Assembly: GCA_030704615.1 (NCBI GenBank)
Contig: CM060734.1
Span: 3,224,001 to 3,288,000, forward strand
Length of the DNA stretch: 64,000 nt
From: Takakia lepidozioides
Taxonomy: Eukaryota > Plantae > Bryophyta
Reading direction: 5' to 3'
Shown: positions 39,901 to 52,939 of the stretch, one piece after another
How the letters are laid out: each line of letters opens with the position of its first letter
Position numbering within the stretch: the stretch's first letter is position 1
The notes under the pieces: generated by a model
Seen by the model: only the letters and a program-made list of their open reading frames with translations
Told to the model about the DNA's origin: nothing
The model's database searches: none
Program-made: the position numbers and the translations under genes

Positions 39901-40113
39901 GGTAGCATATCCACTTTCTTTTGTAATTCAGGTCTTAGTCCACTCACAAACCAGGTCTTCTGTAACCCTGGTGCTGGTACAGCAGCCAGCTTTTTCATCA
40001 TTAACTCCATCTTTTCCATGTACTCTTCAATAGTTTCATGCTTCATTTGCCTTAACTGTTGCAAACTCCCATACACTTCATCCTCAGTATTGCTTGTCCT
40101 GAACCTGTTCCGG
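33908..40113. pseudogene. Scrambled gag-pol (six blocks in alternating orientation)
   Basis: gagN + (to ~34873); INT and spacer - (34874-36459); PR-RT linker + (36460-37240); RT-RH - (37241-38008); RH end + (38009-38380); gagC-PR - (38374-40113). Confidence 0.9.
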
Positions 40114-40376
40114 ATCTTACGCGTCCGACAAAGGGGGACCTTTGCCACATGTGCAGTCCTAGTGGGCATTCCAAGTGGGAATGTCAACAAATGGGGGTAA
40201 AATTGAGAAGTTACCCAATGAGGCAACAACCAATCAGGAACGTGAATTTCATGCAAGTGGTTCCCTCCAAGAAACAAGAACAAGAAATTAAAAAAATTAT
40301 GAGCGGAAGAGTAGGGGTTGCTCCGAATAACTAGCGTCTCGACGGGAGGGGCAATCAAAGCTATAGCTTTGTAGCT

Positions 40377-43300
40377 ATGGCGGATATCACATACTATACG
40401 CTAGCTTTACTTCTTACGCAGTGGTGCAAGGACAGACGGGTTGAAAGTACATTCTCTCTCACTCACTATTTGCAAGCCCCACAGGCTTACACTCACTTAC
40501 CCGTTCCATTCTGTGCCAACCATACTTTCATGCTTTACGCCCTGCAAGCTTTCCTACAGCTATTCCAAACAAGGCCTTTTTGTTTGTCTGGGATGAAGAG
40601 AATTAGGGGAATGGAGGGTCTCAGGGTGAAGAGCACCACGATTTTACAGAAGCAGACAGTTGCTACACCACATGCAGTGCAGCTGCTGAAGGAGTTGCGA
40701 TTGGAAGGGCTGCTATGCAAAGAGTGGTCCTTGCATCATCGGGGGTTGGTGATCCAATTTATTCAGAATTTTGAGCCTCGGACATGAGTTACTCAGGTGA
40801 AGAGAGTGGATATAGAGATTACTCCCCAGTACTTGCAACAACTGTTCGAATTGCCATCTGGTCAGGTGAATGTGGATGAGCACAGGGCAAGATTGCAAAT
40901 AGGGGATGTGTTCCAAGAAACGAGTTTCTTTAGTACCCAGGGATACACCTGCACCAAGGCCGAGTACCCAGGGTTAAGGGAAGTTGGCCAAATACTGAAC
41001 GTTCTGTTTGCCATGAAACAGAATCAATAGTACCTTAGTAGATCTTTCACGGAGGAGGTACTGAAAGCCTTGAGAGGAGAGGATGTACAATGGTCTGGTG
41101 GAGGAGATGAAGCAGTTACAAAATACTACTGCTAAGTCCCCGATCATTGTGTCTGGCCCAATAATTACGCAAATTATCTTTGACTCTTGTTTGCTTGATG
41201 CGCGAGAACGCAAAGAGATGGGAGTGTTTGAGACAGCCACAACTGCGGTTGAGGAGCAGGGCTCTTCACAAGGTGAAGGGGGATTGGAGGGGCAGCACCA
41301 GTCCAAGAGACAGAAGCGAGATGCAACCGTAGTGGCAGATCCACTAGCTACAAGGAAACCACAAGATGATGTTTCCATAGCGCTTGTGCAGGATGAGGAG
41401 CAACAACATAGGGGGCTGTTATTGCTGGAAGCACGACCCTTGGAGAGGGAGGAAGAAGTTACTTCAGTGCCACAACCACCATAGCTAGTTGACTTGGTTG
41501 CCCCAGGGGTAACTCAGATTGTACATGTTGTCACACCGGAGCCTCTTGCTGTGGAAGGAGAAGGGTTGGACATCCCTACTACAGAGCAGGTAGTGGCAGA
41601 AATTGAGAAGGGTGACCTTCTCTATGAAAACTCTGGCATGGTCGGAGAACCAATAGTACCAACAAAATAGAGTCTACCCAGGGAAATCCCTGTTGTGCAA
41701 GTTATGCCCAAACCTGTGACAGAGGTTGAAGGGGTAGAGTGTAAGGGCATTGCAGCACCTGTGGAGGATGAGGTTGCTCAGGAAGAAGATCCTATGGGAT
41801 CATGGCCTAAATGGTTGGTGAAACATCACACTGTGGAGAATCAAGAGGACCAGCAGCAAGTTCTCCATGAAGACCCACGGCAGGCCATGCTTATGAGTTC
41901 CATAAGCATGACACTTAATTTGCTGGCACCTATGTGAAATCCCATGTTCCTTCCACGCAATTGGCAGCATTGAGGGAAGAGCTCAAGCAAGAGTTTGAGG
42001 AAAGAATTGCCACTGAGTGTGCAAATAAGGTGGATGTGGAAGCCAACCTCAAGTTGCAGAAAGAGTTGGAGGACACAAGGGCTGCTCTACAGCTTGCGAA
42101 GGAAAACTTGATTGAAGCAGGTCTGGAGCAGGAAAAATTGCATGAAGTACATAAGCAACAGCTATACCAGTTGCAGGTGAAGCATGAGGGCAAATTGCAG
42201 GAAGTGAAGTTGCTACATACAGAGTTGGAGTCAGTTCATCAGAAAATGACCATCCAATGTGCCACACTAACAACTACTCTGGAGCTGACTGCATTAGAAG
42301 TTAAGAATCAGGCTGACAAATGTTTGATGGTGGAGGCTGAATCAGTGGAGCAGGAAAAACTCATTGCTGACTTGAAGGCTACTATCCGTCGCAATGAGGA
42401 TACCTTTCAACAGTACAGTCAGGTTGAGGCTCAGAAGGACAGGTACATCCTTGAGTTGCAGCAAACACCCACAGCACGAAAGAATGAGCTTTCTGTGACA
42501 AATAAGGCTTGGAAGGAAGCCAATAATCTGTCTGCTGCCTATGCAGCTCTGGTTGAACCTCATGCAAAGCGCATGGAGCTGAGTTTGTAGTAGCAGTTGC
42601 AAACGTATAGACTCAAGAAGGAGCAGGATCTCACGGGTGCTACACAGGACTTGGTGGATAATCATCTTTTGCAAGTGTGGTTAACACAAGGGCCGGTGAA
42701 AGGGAAGGCACCAAGGAAGCTCACCCAAGAGGAGATGAATGATCTCAGACGGCAGGTGCAGAACATTGCCACAACCACTATAGACAATGTCTATAGTCAA
42801 ATAGCTGAGTTGCAGGATGATGTGGAAGGGCTGCAGACTTAAGTGGATGACTTGAGCTCCAACATTGACAAAAGAGCCTTTGTTCCTAAGGAACAGCTGG
42901 TGGCTACTTATTTGCATGCGCGGACTCTGATTTTCCAATCCTCATCACAGGAGGTGCAAGACTTGCCAACAACAGGAGGGACAGTGGCGCCAATATCACA
43001 ACAACCACAGCAGGTCGACACTGTTGATACCATGGCTTTGCAGCAATCTGAGGTTTGGGGGGATGCTTCTTTTAACCCTCCTAAGACTCATGCTGCACTT
43101 GAGTACAATCGGGTTGAAGTCCCAACACACAAAATAAACATATATATATCCAAAATGTGATAGTTAACTAGAAGTAGGTATGTTGCAGAAGGATCCCCAA
43201 CTTCGTTCTTGGTTCAATTTTGCTTTGGACAATTTGGCCAAAGAAAAATTGGGCCTTGACGATCTTTTTTATAAGGGACATGAAGCCAGGAAATACTTAC

Positions 43301-43740
43301 ATTGTTCCAAGGTCGTTGGCACACCCCTCATCTATACGAACAAGGAGCTCCGGGAGTACACTAATTTTGCTCGCAAGAGATTGATGCAGGTTTTAAAGTT
43401 TAAACTTCCAGACATGGTGGGCAAACACTGTGTGCCACGCAAGATTCCCGAGAAGGTCAGAGCACCAAAAGTCCACAGGGGGGAAGATGAGAGGAACCTT
43501 TCGACATGGCTGAGGACTATGCACTACAAATGGCAGAGAAGAAACGACGGGGATCTCCTATGCCTGAGAAGTTACCTCCTTATCAACCAAAGGAAGGACA
43601 GACGTTTCCATTTGGTGGCCAGTCATCTCCACCAGCCAGTGACAGGGCTCGGGCTTGTACACATTGCCCTCCACGGGACTCTCACCGACAGAAGGGTGCT
43701 CGTTCACAAAGGTTTGCTGATCCTAAACAGTAAACCGTGA
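40377..43740 (+). pseudogene. 3' accessory ORF of family A (~1000 codons, many stops)
   Basis: N-terminal domain as at 13623, acidic linker, coiled coil at 41934-42842 and C-terminal 43180-43740. Confidence 0.75.
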
Positions 43741-43754
43741 GGACACGGCTTTTT

Positions 43755-43770
43755 GAGGGGGGAGGGGTAA
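43755..43770 (+). promoter_or_regulatory. Polypurine tract
   Basis: GAGGGGGGAGGGGTAA immediately before the 3' LTR. Confidence 0.9.
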
Positions 43771-44678
43771 TGTTAGAGGGCTATCTGGGACTTAGACAGT
43801 TTTACGGGTTCTGTGGGGTACCCTTAATTTTTGCGCAGACTTACGGATGGTAGACTTAGACCAACACAGGCTTTAGGGGTGGTACACAAGCTTACACAGT
43901 CAATCACGGCCTTACACAGTTTGACACAGCATTGTACAGACAGCTTGATACAGTCTATCACAGTCCGACACAGCCAGTCACAGCCCGGCACAGTCCGACA
44001 CAGCCAGTTACAGCCGACAGAGTTTGACACAGCCCGTCACAGCATTCACAGGGAACGGTTACCATGGCAGGGAACAACTATGTGGGAAGGACATTTACAG
44101 AGGGAACATACATTCTGTCTGGATGACAGTTAGTTAGTTAGGCAGTTAGAACAGCTTGCAGGTAGAAAAGGCAGAGTAGCAACGGGGAGAGGACACTTCT
44201 GGGATCACGACTTGGACATCACGGGAGGAGATCAAGCGGAGAGCACAATCTTGGAGCACAGGGGATGGAGATTACACATACAACGAGATGATGCTTGATT
44301 CATGCAAGCTGTAGAGATGTACTGTAGAGCATATTAGAGACACCATGGCTTCGGCCTGATACTTGATAGATCTTAATCTGATACATATTTCATACTCACA
44401 TTGTGTAGAGAGACCTGAATGAAGCTGTGGAATGAATGGATGAGTGATTGGAACCTGGTAGATTGCTGAAGCAATCTGATACTTAAATATAACAGTAAGA
44501 TAACTTGCTGACATGAAGGCAAGAATGAATACAAACAGGAAGCACTCCCATGATACACTAGTTGTAGGTCATGACTGATTGTTCTGAGCGGGCTGAGTGC
44601 GTAGAGATATCCAACTCTTCTATCTTGGAATTCCCACCTCGGATAGCAAAGGGATGGGTGAGTAAAAGCCACTCGACA
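43771..44678 (+). repeat. 3' LTR-A1 (908 bp)
   Basis: TGTTAGAGGG..CACTCGACA, followed by the TSD AATCT. Confidence 0.93.
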
Positions 44679-46035
44679 AATCTGTCCAATCTTGCCTGGC
44701 ACAAATTTGGTGGGTCCTTGTTGTTTGTCCAGGTGAATTTCAAGTCCCCCTGCCTTGGAGTGGTTGCATCCAGAAGACCCACAACCAAACACATCGCATC
44801 CCAAGCGTTCTTCTCAGTTGCGGAGAGACCTTGGGCAGACCGTCCCAGCCTATCCGTGTCATCTTCCACCATGTTGAAGTCTCCCCCCATGAGCCAATGT
44901 TGGATTTGTGGGTGCTGCATCATTTTGTTCCTGATCTGGTGCCAAAACGCAACTCTTTCCTCTTCCCCATTCAGGGCATAAGTATTTAGTAAACCCACCT
45001 CATCCAACAATTGACCCAGATTCATAACAAGAAACTGGACTCTACCTTGGATCCAGATTGCATTGGAAGTGACGGATTGTTGTAGAGCGGGTGAGACCAA
45101 AATTGCTGTGCCACCCCTTGAGTCCACCATTGTGGGGTTCCAGTAGGCGGTGGCAGCACGCCATAAGGAAGCACCCAGGGAGGTTATTTTAACTTGTGCG
45201 CTTGTAGAAAAATGAGGTTTGATCCTCGTACATATGTGGAGGCCCAGCTTCTAACTCTAGCCCGTTTTGGGGCAGAGTGATGACAGCCAAGACCTCTCAC
45301 ATTCCAGGAGCACAGGGATAGGTTCATGTGGGAGGGACAGAGAGGCCCGTGTGATTAGCACGATTTGATGGCCAGATTGGGTTGAAGAGGAACTTTGTAC
45401 ATTTGTCCAGCGGGGGCAAAGTGGAAGCCCATTTGAAACCAATTGGAGGGTGAAGCAATGCAAGAAGCTGCCAGGTAAACACTGTTCTGGCTCTTTTCCT
45501 CTTGCTTTTGCATTTCAAAGGTACAAATTGGTTTCCTGAATCTCTGTGGACTGAGAGAGACTATGCAAAAATGTTGTAGGACATTGTTTTGGAGAGAAAA
45601 AAGAGAGCAGAGGGAGATGAAGGAGGGTCAGAGCTAGCCCACCAACCTGGGAGTAGCCTCTGGGAATTAGCGTGGCTTTCCAACAGCAGGGTCCAGACCT
45701 TTTTACCATCTGGTGGTTGAGGAACATAGAAAATGAGGGGGGAGCAAGCTTGTGAGTCCATGCTTACCGGGGGTGGGGAGTCGACGGTCTCCTCCGGAAG
45801 CATGAATGTGATGGAGTGGTTTGCAGCCGCATTGGGGGAGATGTTGAATTGGTTGTTGCTTGCCAACACAATCTCTTTGTTCAGATTTGGCTTGAGTTGA
45901 GGTGGTGCAACTCCTTTCAGCTTCATCTTGTGCATGTTGTAATGCTCGTCCACCAACTTGCTCCCTTCCTCAAATATCTTCTTGCTGCGAGCCCACTCAT
46001 TGGGGTCTTTGACCCTGCAAGACAAGTAGTACTTG
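44679..46035 (-). mobile_element. L1/Tx1-like LINE fragment: end of upstream ORF and ORF2 AP-endonuclease
   Basis: ATG at 45327 gives MNLSLCSWNVRGLG. Also GGTAIL, LNTYA, MGGDFN, FTW and ARLDRF. Confidence 0.85.
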
Positions 46036-46429
46036 GAGGTTAGCTATTTCATGAGCATGAGCGGCATGAGCGGAGTAGTAAGACAATCGGTTTTCATGAG
46101 CAGAAGTACAAATTTCGAAAATAAAAAATAAAAATAAAAACATTAATTTAATGCAATGTGTCATGAAAAACAAATATATTATTCGGCCCCTTGAAGGGAA
46201 AATTGTAGTTTTGACAGTTGTGCTCATGATATTTCGTCTTCCGCTCATGCCAATTCCCAGCGACATGTGCAAATATGGCGCCGAATTTCGCGGTAATAGG
46301 GTCCGTAACCTGAAAAAACGGCGACGTATTTCGCGGTAATAGGTCTCTCTGGCGAAAAATGGTGCCGAATTCCGCGGCTATAGGTCCCCTCATGACAGGT
46401 AATTCGGCGCCATTTTTGTTCCCCCTCAC

Positions 46430-47523
46430 CAATTTGTGACAATGGGAACCAACGTGTATGCAAGCTCGGGTGCGGTCAGGGAAACGGTGCAACACATAAA
46501 ACTGCTTGACATTACAAACAGACATGCAGTGTGGTGGTTCTTTGCAATGCGCACACTTAAATGTGGAGTTCGGAACATTCTCCTGAGCTCGAAATGGTTG
46601 ATGAGTTGTGCCTATCCAATCGGTCTCGTTCCCGTGACCTCTGGATTTAAAGTGGAAGTAAGTTGGGGAGAAACACCGCAACGCGCCCGCACAAACAACG
46701 TAGCGCACCGGAAACCATCGAGCATCTTCATGCTGGTGGTTTTGGTAACGCACCAAGGATGACCGTCATGTTTTTTATCCATATCTGTCAACATTCCGGA
46801 CGCCCTCGAGTAGTCCGCCCGAGGAGGGAACTCAAAGAAGATATTACCGTTGACGTCGGCGGGAAGGCATGTAACCAATTTAATTGGGAACTTGCTGTAG
46901 TCCAGCCCGGCCAGCTCCGACCGGTGTCCCTCCAGGTGAAGCCCTCGCAGAATTTCAAGAATAGATCGAACTGCGGTGCTCGTGCTGGGAATATGACTCC
47001 CTCCTCCACTGACGTCCATTGAGGACTTGCCTGATCTCCAGGACGATCTCGGAACTTCCATGACCTCGTCTGAGTCGGACAGGTTGTGAACAACCCGGTT
47101 CTCGCTCGTCTTCATGGATGGGTTCGGCTCTGGATTTACTTCGTTGCGGACTTCTCTCTTTGAGGTAGCCACTCTTTGATTCGCGGATTGTTACGTGGAA
47201 GGCACCAGGATAGAAGGTGCATTTGGCGGGCAAATGAAGTCCCCAACAGCCCTGTATATGACGTTGTCCGATGGTGGAACTCGCCATTCCCTGCCATCGC
47301 CGAAATCATCGTGGAGCACAACAATACTCTCGACAACAAGGCCGTTTGAGTCCTTCCTTTCCTCCTCCAAAAAAACCGACCCCGGTTTCAGGTGGTATCG
47401 AACGCAGAGATATTTCTCCATCACCCGGCAGATCTCCCCTCTGCACGGAAATGAAGCTCTATGCTCGTGATGAGGGCAGTACACTGTAGCGCTCGGGTTT
47501 TCCGCCATGGGAGATGTGCACAC
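46430..47523 (-). pseudogene. Cys/His (GCM/WRKY-like) N-terminal region of a MULE-like transposase, truncated
   Basis: MDKKHDGHPWCVTKTT, CAGALRC, CAHCKEPPHC..C, RACIHVGSHCH. Followed by a GTGAG donor-like site. No DDE core inside the element. Confidence 0.6.
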
Positions 47524-47699
47524 AAGATTGCCAGGATAGCGTGCGGGGAAGCTCCCTGGTAGAAGGGGGATGCAGCGATGGGAAGGAATGCGGTGCCGAT
47601 TTGTCCGAGCGACGAAGCCTGATCCAAATCCAGGGAGCCAACTATCTCAAAAATCCACAGTCAGAGTATTAATGAACCTTGTCTCCGGAATGCGGCCCC

Positions 47700-49660
47700 T
47701 GGTCTTTGCGCAATAACTGCCAACGGTATGCAGTCAAAAAGTGGGGGGCCGTCCGGATGATGTCGGCTGAAGGGGAGAAGTCGGCACCGTGCCGTCACAT
47801 TACTACCCCCGAATGGAAATTTGGCACCCAATATCCAACAGGGGCCGCACGGATGAAGTCGTCTGGGGCAGAGATGCCGGCACCTGTCCGACAGAAAATA
47901 TCCCCCGGATCGAAATTCAGCGCTGAATTTCCATTCGGATCCACCCAAAGGAAGTCCTGTCGGGGGGTCAGGCCGAAAACTGGCCGACATAAAAACCTCC
48001 GCGGATGGAAAAACGGCGCCGAATTTCCATCCGAGGCCTTTCGGATGCCGTTGGCTCGGGGGAAAGGCCGCCATCTGGCCCTCACATTACAACCCCGGAC
48101 GGAAATTCGGCACCGAATATACAACAGGGGAAGCCCGGATGAAGTCGCCTCGGGCGCAGAGGCCGGCGCGTGTGCGACAGTGAATATCCCTTGGATGGAG
48201 ATTCGGCGCCGAATTTCCCTCCGGGCCCCCCCAAAGGAAGTTGTGTCGGGGGGTCAGGCCGAAAACTGGCCGGCATAAAAACATCGCTAGATGGAAAAAC
48301 GGCGCCGAACTTCCGAGGCCTTTTGGATGCCGTCGGCTCGGGGGAAAGGCCGCCATCTGGCCCTCACATTGCAACCCCCGGACGGAAATTCGGCACCGAA
48401 TATACAACAGAGGAAGCCCGGATGAAGTCGCCTCGGGCGCAGAGGCCGGCGCGTGTGCGACAGAGAACATCCCCTGGATGGAGATTCGGCGCCGAATTTC
48501 CATCCGGGCCCCCCCAAAGGAAGTCGTGTCGGGGGGGTCAGGCCGAAAACTGGCCGGCATAAAAACATCGCCAGATGGAAAAACGGCGCCGAATTTCCAT
48601 CCGAGGTCTTTCGGATGCAGTCGGCTCGGGGGAAAGGCCGCCATCTGGCCCTCACATTGCAACCCCCGGACGGAAATTCGGCACCGAATATACAACAGGG
48701 GAAGCCCGGATGAAGTCGCCTCGGGTGCAGAGGCCGGCGCGTGTGCGACAACGAACATCCCCTGGATGGAGATTTGGCGCTGAATTTCCATCCGGGCCCC
48801 CCCAAAGGAAGTCGTGTCGGGGGGTCAGGCCGAAAACTGGCCGGCATAAAAACATCCCCAGATGGAAAAACGGCACCGAATTTCCATCCAGGGCGGTTCG
48901 GATGCAGTCGGGGAGGGGGGAGAGGCCGGCACCTGGCCGTCACATTTCAACCCCTGGTCGGAAATTCGGCACCGAATATCCAACAGGGGACGCCCGAATG
49001 AAGTCACCTCGGGCGTAGAGGCCGGCACGTGTTCGACAGAGAGCATCCCCTGGATTGAGATTCGGCGCCGAATTTCCATCCGGGCCCCCCCAAAGGAAGT
49101 CGTGTCGGGGGGTCAGACCGAAAACTGGTCGACATAAAAACCTCCCCAGATGGAAAAACGACGCCGAATTTCCATCCGGGGCCGTTCCAATGCCGTCGGG
49201 GAGGGGGGAGAGGCCGGCACTTGGCCGTCATATTTCAACCCCCGGACGGAAATTCGGCACCGAATATCCAATAGAGCGGTGGAGAGGTCGGCACCTCTCC
49301 GACAGAGACCATCCCCCGGATGGAAATTCGGCGCCGAATTTCCATCGGGGCCCCCTCAAAGAAAGTCGTAAAAACCTCCCCAGATGGAAAAACGGCGCCG
49401 AATTTCCATCCGGGGCTGTTCCAATGCAGTCGGGGAGGGGGGAGAGGCCAACACCTGGCCGTCATATTTCAACCCCCGGACGGAAACTCGGCACCGAATA
49501 TCCAACAGAGCGGCGGAGAGGCCGGCACCTCTCCGACAGAGACCATCCCCCGGATGGAAATTCGGCGCCGAATTTCCATCGGGGCCCCATCAAAGGAAGT
49601 CGCAGAAACCTCCCAGAATGGAAAAACGGCGCCGAATTTCCGTCCGAGGCTGTTCCGATT
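47700..49660. repeat. ~285-bp tandem array with GGAAATTCGGCGCCGAATTTCC palindromes
   Basis: Unit anchors near 47795, 48077, 48359, 48648, 48935, 49223 and 49457. Perfect 28-bp palindrome at 49319-49346. Confidence 0.9.
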
Positions 49661-49714
49661 TGCCTGTAGCAGTGAAGGATTCCAAGAAAAATCCGAAAAA
49701 TCAATCGGACACAC

Positions 49715-50270
49715 TCAGAATTACCTTCAGGAAGGTAATTCAGCACTCAGAATTACATGCTGGAAGGTAATTCATCGATCAGAATTACCTGCAGGAAGGT
49801 AATTCAGCGCTTCGAAATTCCTGGCGAATGGAAATTCGGCGCCGAATATCCATACGCCAGCGATCCGACTTACCTGCTGGATGGAAATTCGGAGCCGGAT
49901 TTCCATCCATCCGCCTCCGAATTACCTTCTTGAGGGAAATTTCGCGCGCCGCCCTACCCGCGCGGATGGAAATTCGGCGCCGGATTTCCATCCATCCGCT
50001 TCGGAATTACCTGCGTGAGGAAAATTTCGCGCGCCGCCCTACCTGCGCGGATGGAAATCCGGCGCCGGATTTCCATCCATCCGTTCTCCGAATTACCTGC
50101 ATGATGGAAATTTTGCGCGCCGACCTACCTGGCGGATGGAAATCCGGCGCCGGATTTCCATCCATCCGCTCTTCGAATTACCTGCATGACGGAAATTTTG
50201 CGCGCCGACCTAGCTGGCGGATGGAAATCCGGCGCCGGATTTTCATCGATCCGCTCTTCGAGTTACCTGC
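49715..50270. repeat. ~32-bp then ~85-bp tandem units with GAATTACC and GGAAATCCGGCGCCGGATTTCC
   Basis: GAATTACC at ~49919, 50004, 50090 and 50176. Confidence 0.85.
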
Positions 50271-52140
50271 ATGACTGGAAAAATGGCGCCGAATTTCCGA
50301 TTTTGGTGCTAATCAGATCTGGGACTTAGCCATTTTCGGCCCCGAAATGGAAAAATGTCACCGAAAAAAAAAAAAACAAAAAAAAAACGCCATTTTTCCA
50401 GTTTGGGGCCGAAAACTGCTAAGTCCCAGATCTGACTGGCACCCAAAATCGGAAATTCGGCGCCATTTTTCCAGTCATGCAGGTAATTCGAAGAGCGGAT
50501 CGATGGAAATCCGGCGCCGGATTTTCATCCATCCGCTCTTCGAATTACCTGCATGACGGAAATTTTGCGCGCCGACTTATCTGGCGGATGGAAATCCGGC
50601 GCCGGATTTCCATCCATCCGCTCTTCGAATTACCTGCATGACTGGAAAAATGGCGCCGAATTTCCGATTTTGGTGTCAGTCAGATCTAGGACTTAGCCAT
50701 TTTCGGCCCCGAAATGGAAAAATGGCGCCGGAAAAAATAAAAAAAATAAAAAAATGCCATTTTTCCAGTTCGGGGCCGAAAACGGCTAAGTCCCAGATCT
50801 GACTGGCACCCAAAATCGGAAATTCAGCTCCATTTTTCCAGTTCTGGGACTTAGCCATTTTCGGGCCCGAAATGGAAAAATGGCGCTGAAAAAAAAGAAA
50901 AAAAGAAAAAAAAAACGCCATTTGTCCTGTTCGGGGCCGAAAACGGCTAAGGCCCAGATCTGACTGGCACCCAAAACCGCAAATTCAGCGCCATTTTTCC
51001 AGTTCTGGGACTTAGCCATTTTCGGGCCCGAAATGGAAAAATGGCGTCGGAAAAAAAAAAACAAAAAAAAAAACGCCATTTTTCCAGTTCGGGCCGAAAA
51101 CGGCTAACTCCCAGATCTGACTTGCACCCAAAATCGGAAATTCGGCGCCATTTTTCCAGTTCTGGGCCCAGTCAGATCTGGGACTTAGCCATTTTCGGCC
51201 CCGAAATGGAGAAATGGCGCCGAAAAAAAACAAAAAAAAAAACGTCATTTTTCCAGTTCGGGGCCGGAAACGGCCAAGTCCCAGATCTGACTGGCACCCA
51301 AAATCGGAAATTCGGCGCCATTTTTCCAGTTCTGGGCCCAGTCAGATCCGGGACTTAGCCATTTTCGGCCCCGAAATGGAAAAATGGCGCCGAAAACAAA
51401 AAAAAAACAAAAAAAAAACGCCGTTTTTCCAGTTCGGGCCCGAAAACGGCTAAGTCCCAGATCTGACTGGCACCCATAATCGGAAATTCGGCGCCATTTT
51501 TCCAGTTCTGGGCCCAGTCAGATCTGGGACTTAGCCATTTTCGGCCCCGAACAAGAAAAATGGCGCCGGAAAAAAAAAAAAAAAAAAAAAAAAAAAACGG
51601 CCATTTTCCGGGGCCGAAAACGGCAAAGTCCCAGATCTGGCTGGCACCCAAAATCGGAAATTCGGCGCCATTTTTCCAGTTCGGGGCCTAGTCAGATCTG
51701 GGACTTAGCCATTTTCGGCCCCGAAAATGGCTAAGTCCCTACAATGGCTGGAACTGCAACTGGAAATTCGGCACCATTTTTCCAGTTCCGCGCCCTATCA
51801 GATCTGGGACTTAGCCATTTTCGGCCCCGAACTGGAAAAATGACGCCATTTTTCCAGTTCGGGGCCGAAAATGGCTAAGTCCCTAGGGTGGCTGGCACCA
51901 AAATCAGAAATTCGGCGCCATTTTTCCAGTTCCGGGCCTAGTCAAATCTGGGACTTAGCCATTTTCGGCCCGAACTGGTAAAATGGCACCGAAAAAAAAA
52001 AAAAAAAAAACGCCATTTTTCTAGTTCGGGGCCTAAAATGGCTAAGTCCCAGATCTGACTAGCACCAAAATCGGGAATTCGGCGCCATTTTTCCAGTTCC
52101 GGGCCCAGTCAGATCTGGGACTTAGCCATTTTCGGCAAGT
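50270..52140. repeat. ~160-180-bp tandem hairpin units with A-tract loops
   Basis: GGGACTTAGCCATTTTCGGCCCCGAA-(A)n-TTCGGGGCCGAAAACGGCTAAGTCCC repeated about 10 times. Confidence 0.9.
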
Positions 52141-52939
52141 AAATGTAATAAAATGTTGCATTTCAAGTCCACTGGTGCCACATTGCAACTTCACATGACC
52201 CTATTTCCGTGCCTCCTAACCCTATTTCCGTGGACTTACAATGGTCTGCTCATGTTTTTTTTTTTTGCCGCTCATGCTCATGCCGCTCATGAAATAGCAG
52301 CCCCCTAGTACTTGCACACCCATAACCAGGAGTCATGTGCCCCTGAAGTATCCAGATTTCTACTGTATAAAACTGGCAGCACATGAACAATTGCCAAATC
52401 AGCATGAAACGATTCCTATAGAAATCAGCTACATGAACATCGGCAGTATGAAACACCTTGCAGTACATATGATTCTTGAGATTGTTTGCACGGATTATTT
52501 GTGTTTGTGCCTTCAAGTGACGAACATTTTCCGCCATAGGGCAGAAGAGGTGCATTGGCCACATTAAACGGTTGATGTGATACCATTTCACAAATGTATC
52601 ACATCGCATTTGTGAAAATGTATCACATGAACCGTTCCATGTGGCCTAGGTAAGTCTTCGACTAGTACGAGACCAATGTAGTCTACGGGGAGGCATGATT
52701 GGCAGACGAGGACGTGTTACCTTTAGCCTCCCACCAACAACAAGAGATCATTTCAGAAGCGCTTCAAGTGACGAACGAAATGGTTCATCTGACATCATCC
52801 AAATGTTGAACATGCTGAGGTCTTCTGTAATGTGTTCTGCTTTGTAATGCGGTGCTTCTCTAGTTTTTTTTTTTGTCCAATTTGATGACATTCTCGATCT
52901 GGAAGACATCCAGACGTGTATAGAAATCCTTCAAAAATA

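Larger units (their letters stand above)
31609..44678 (+). mobile_element. Full-length family A Gypsy element with both LTRs and TSD; internally rearranged
   Basis: TG..CA LTRs at 31609-33299 (containing an LTR-B insertion) and 43771-44678. TSD AATCT at 31604-31608 and 44679-44683. PBS and PPT present. Confidence 0.93.
46036..52305 (-). mobile_element. MULE-like TIR DNA transposon (non-autonomous), 6.27 kb
   Basis: TIRs GAGGTTAGCTATTTCATGAGC and (rc) GGGGGCTGCTATTTCATGAGC. Perfect 9-bp TSD TAGTACTTG at 46027-46035 and 52306-52314. The empty site restores the frame AHDSWLWVCKYYLSCRVKDP. Confidence 0.85.

Noticed and set aside
40377-43740. Calling the accessory ORF env
   Set aside because: No clear signal peptide or transmembrane segment was seen.
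47700-52140. CRISPR-like palindromic repeats and many overlapping ORFs
   Set aside because: The inter-repeat sequence is itself repeated (no unique spacers) and there are no cas genes. The ORFs are translations of GC-rich tandem repeats.
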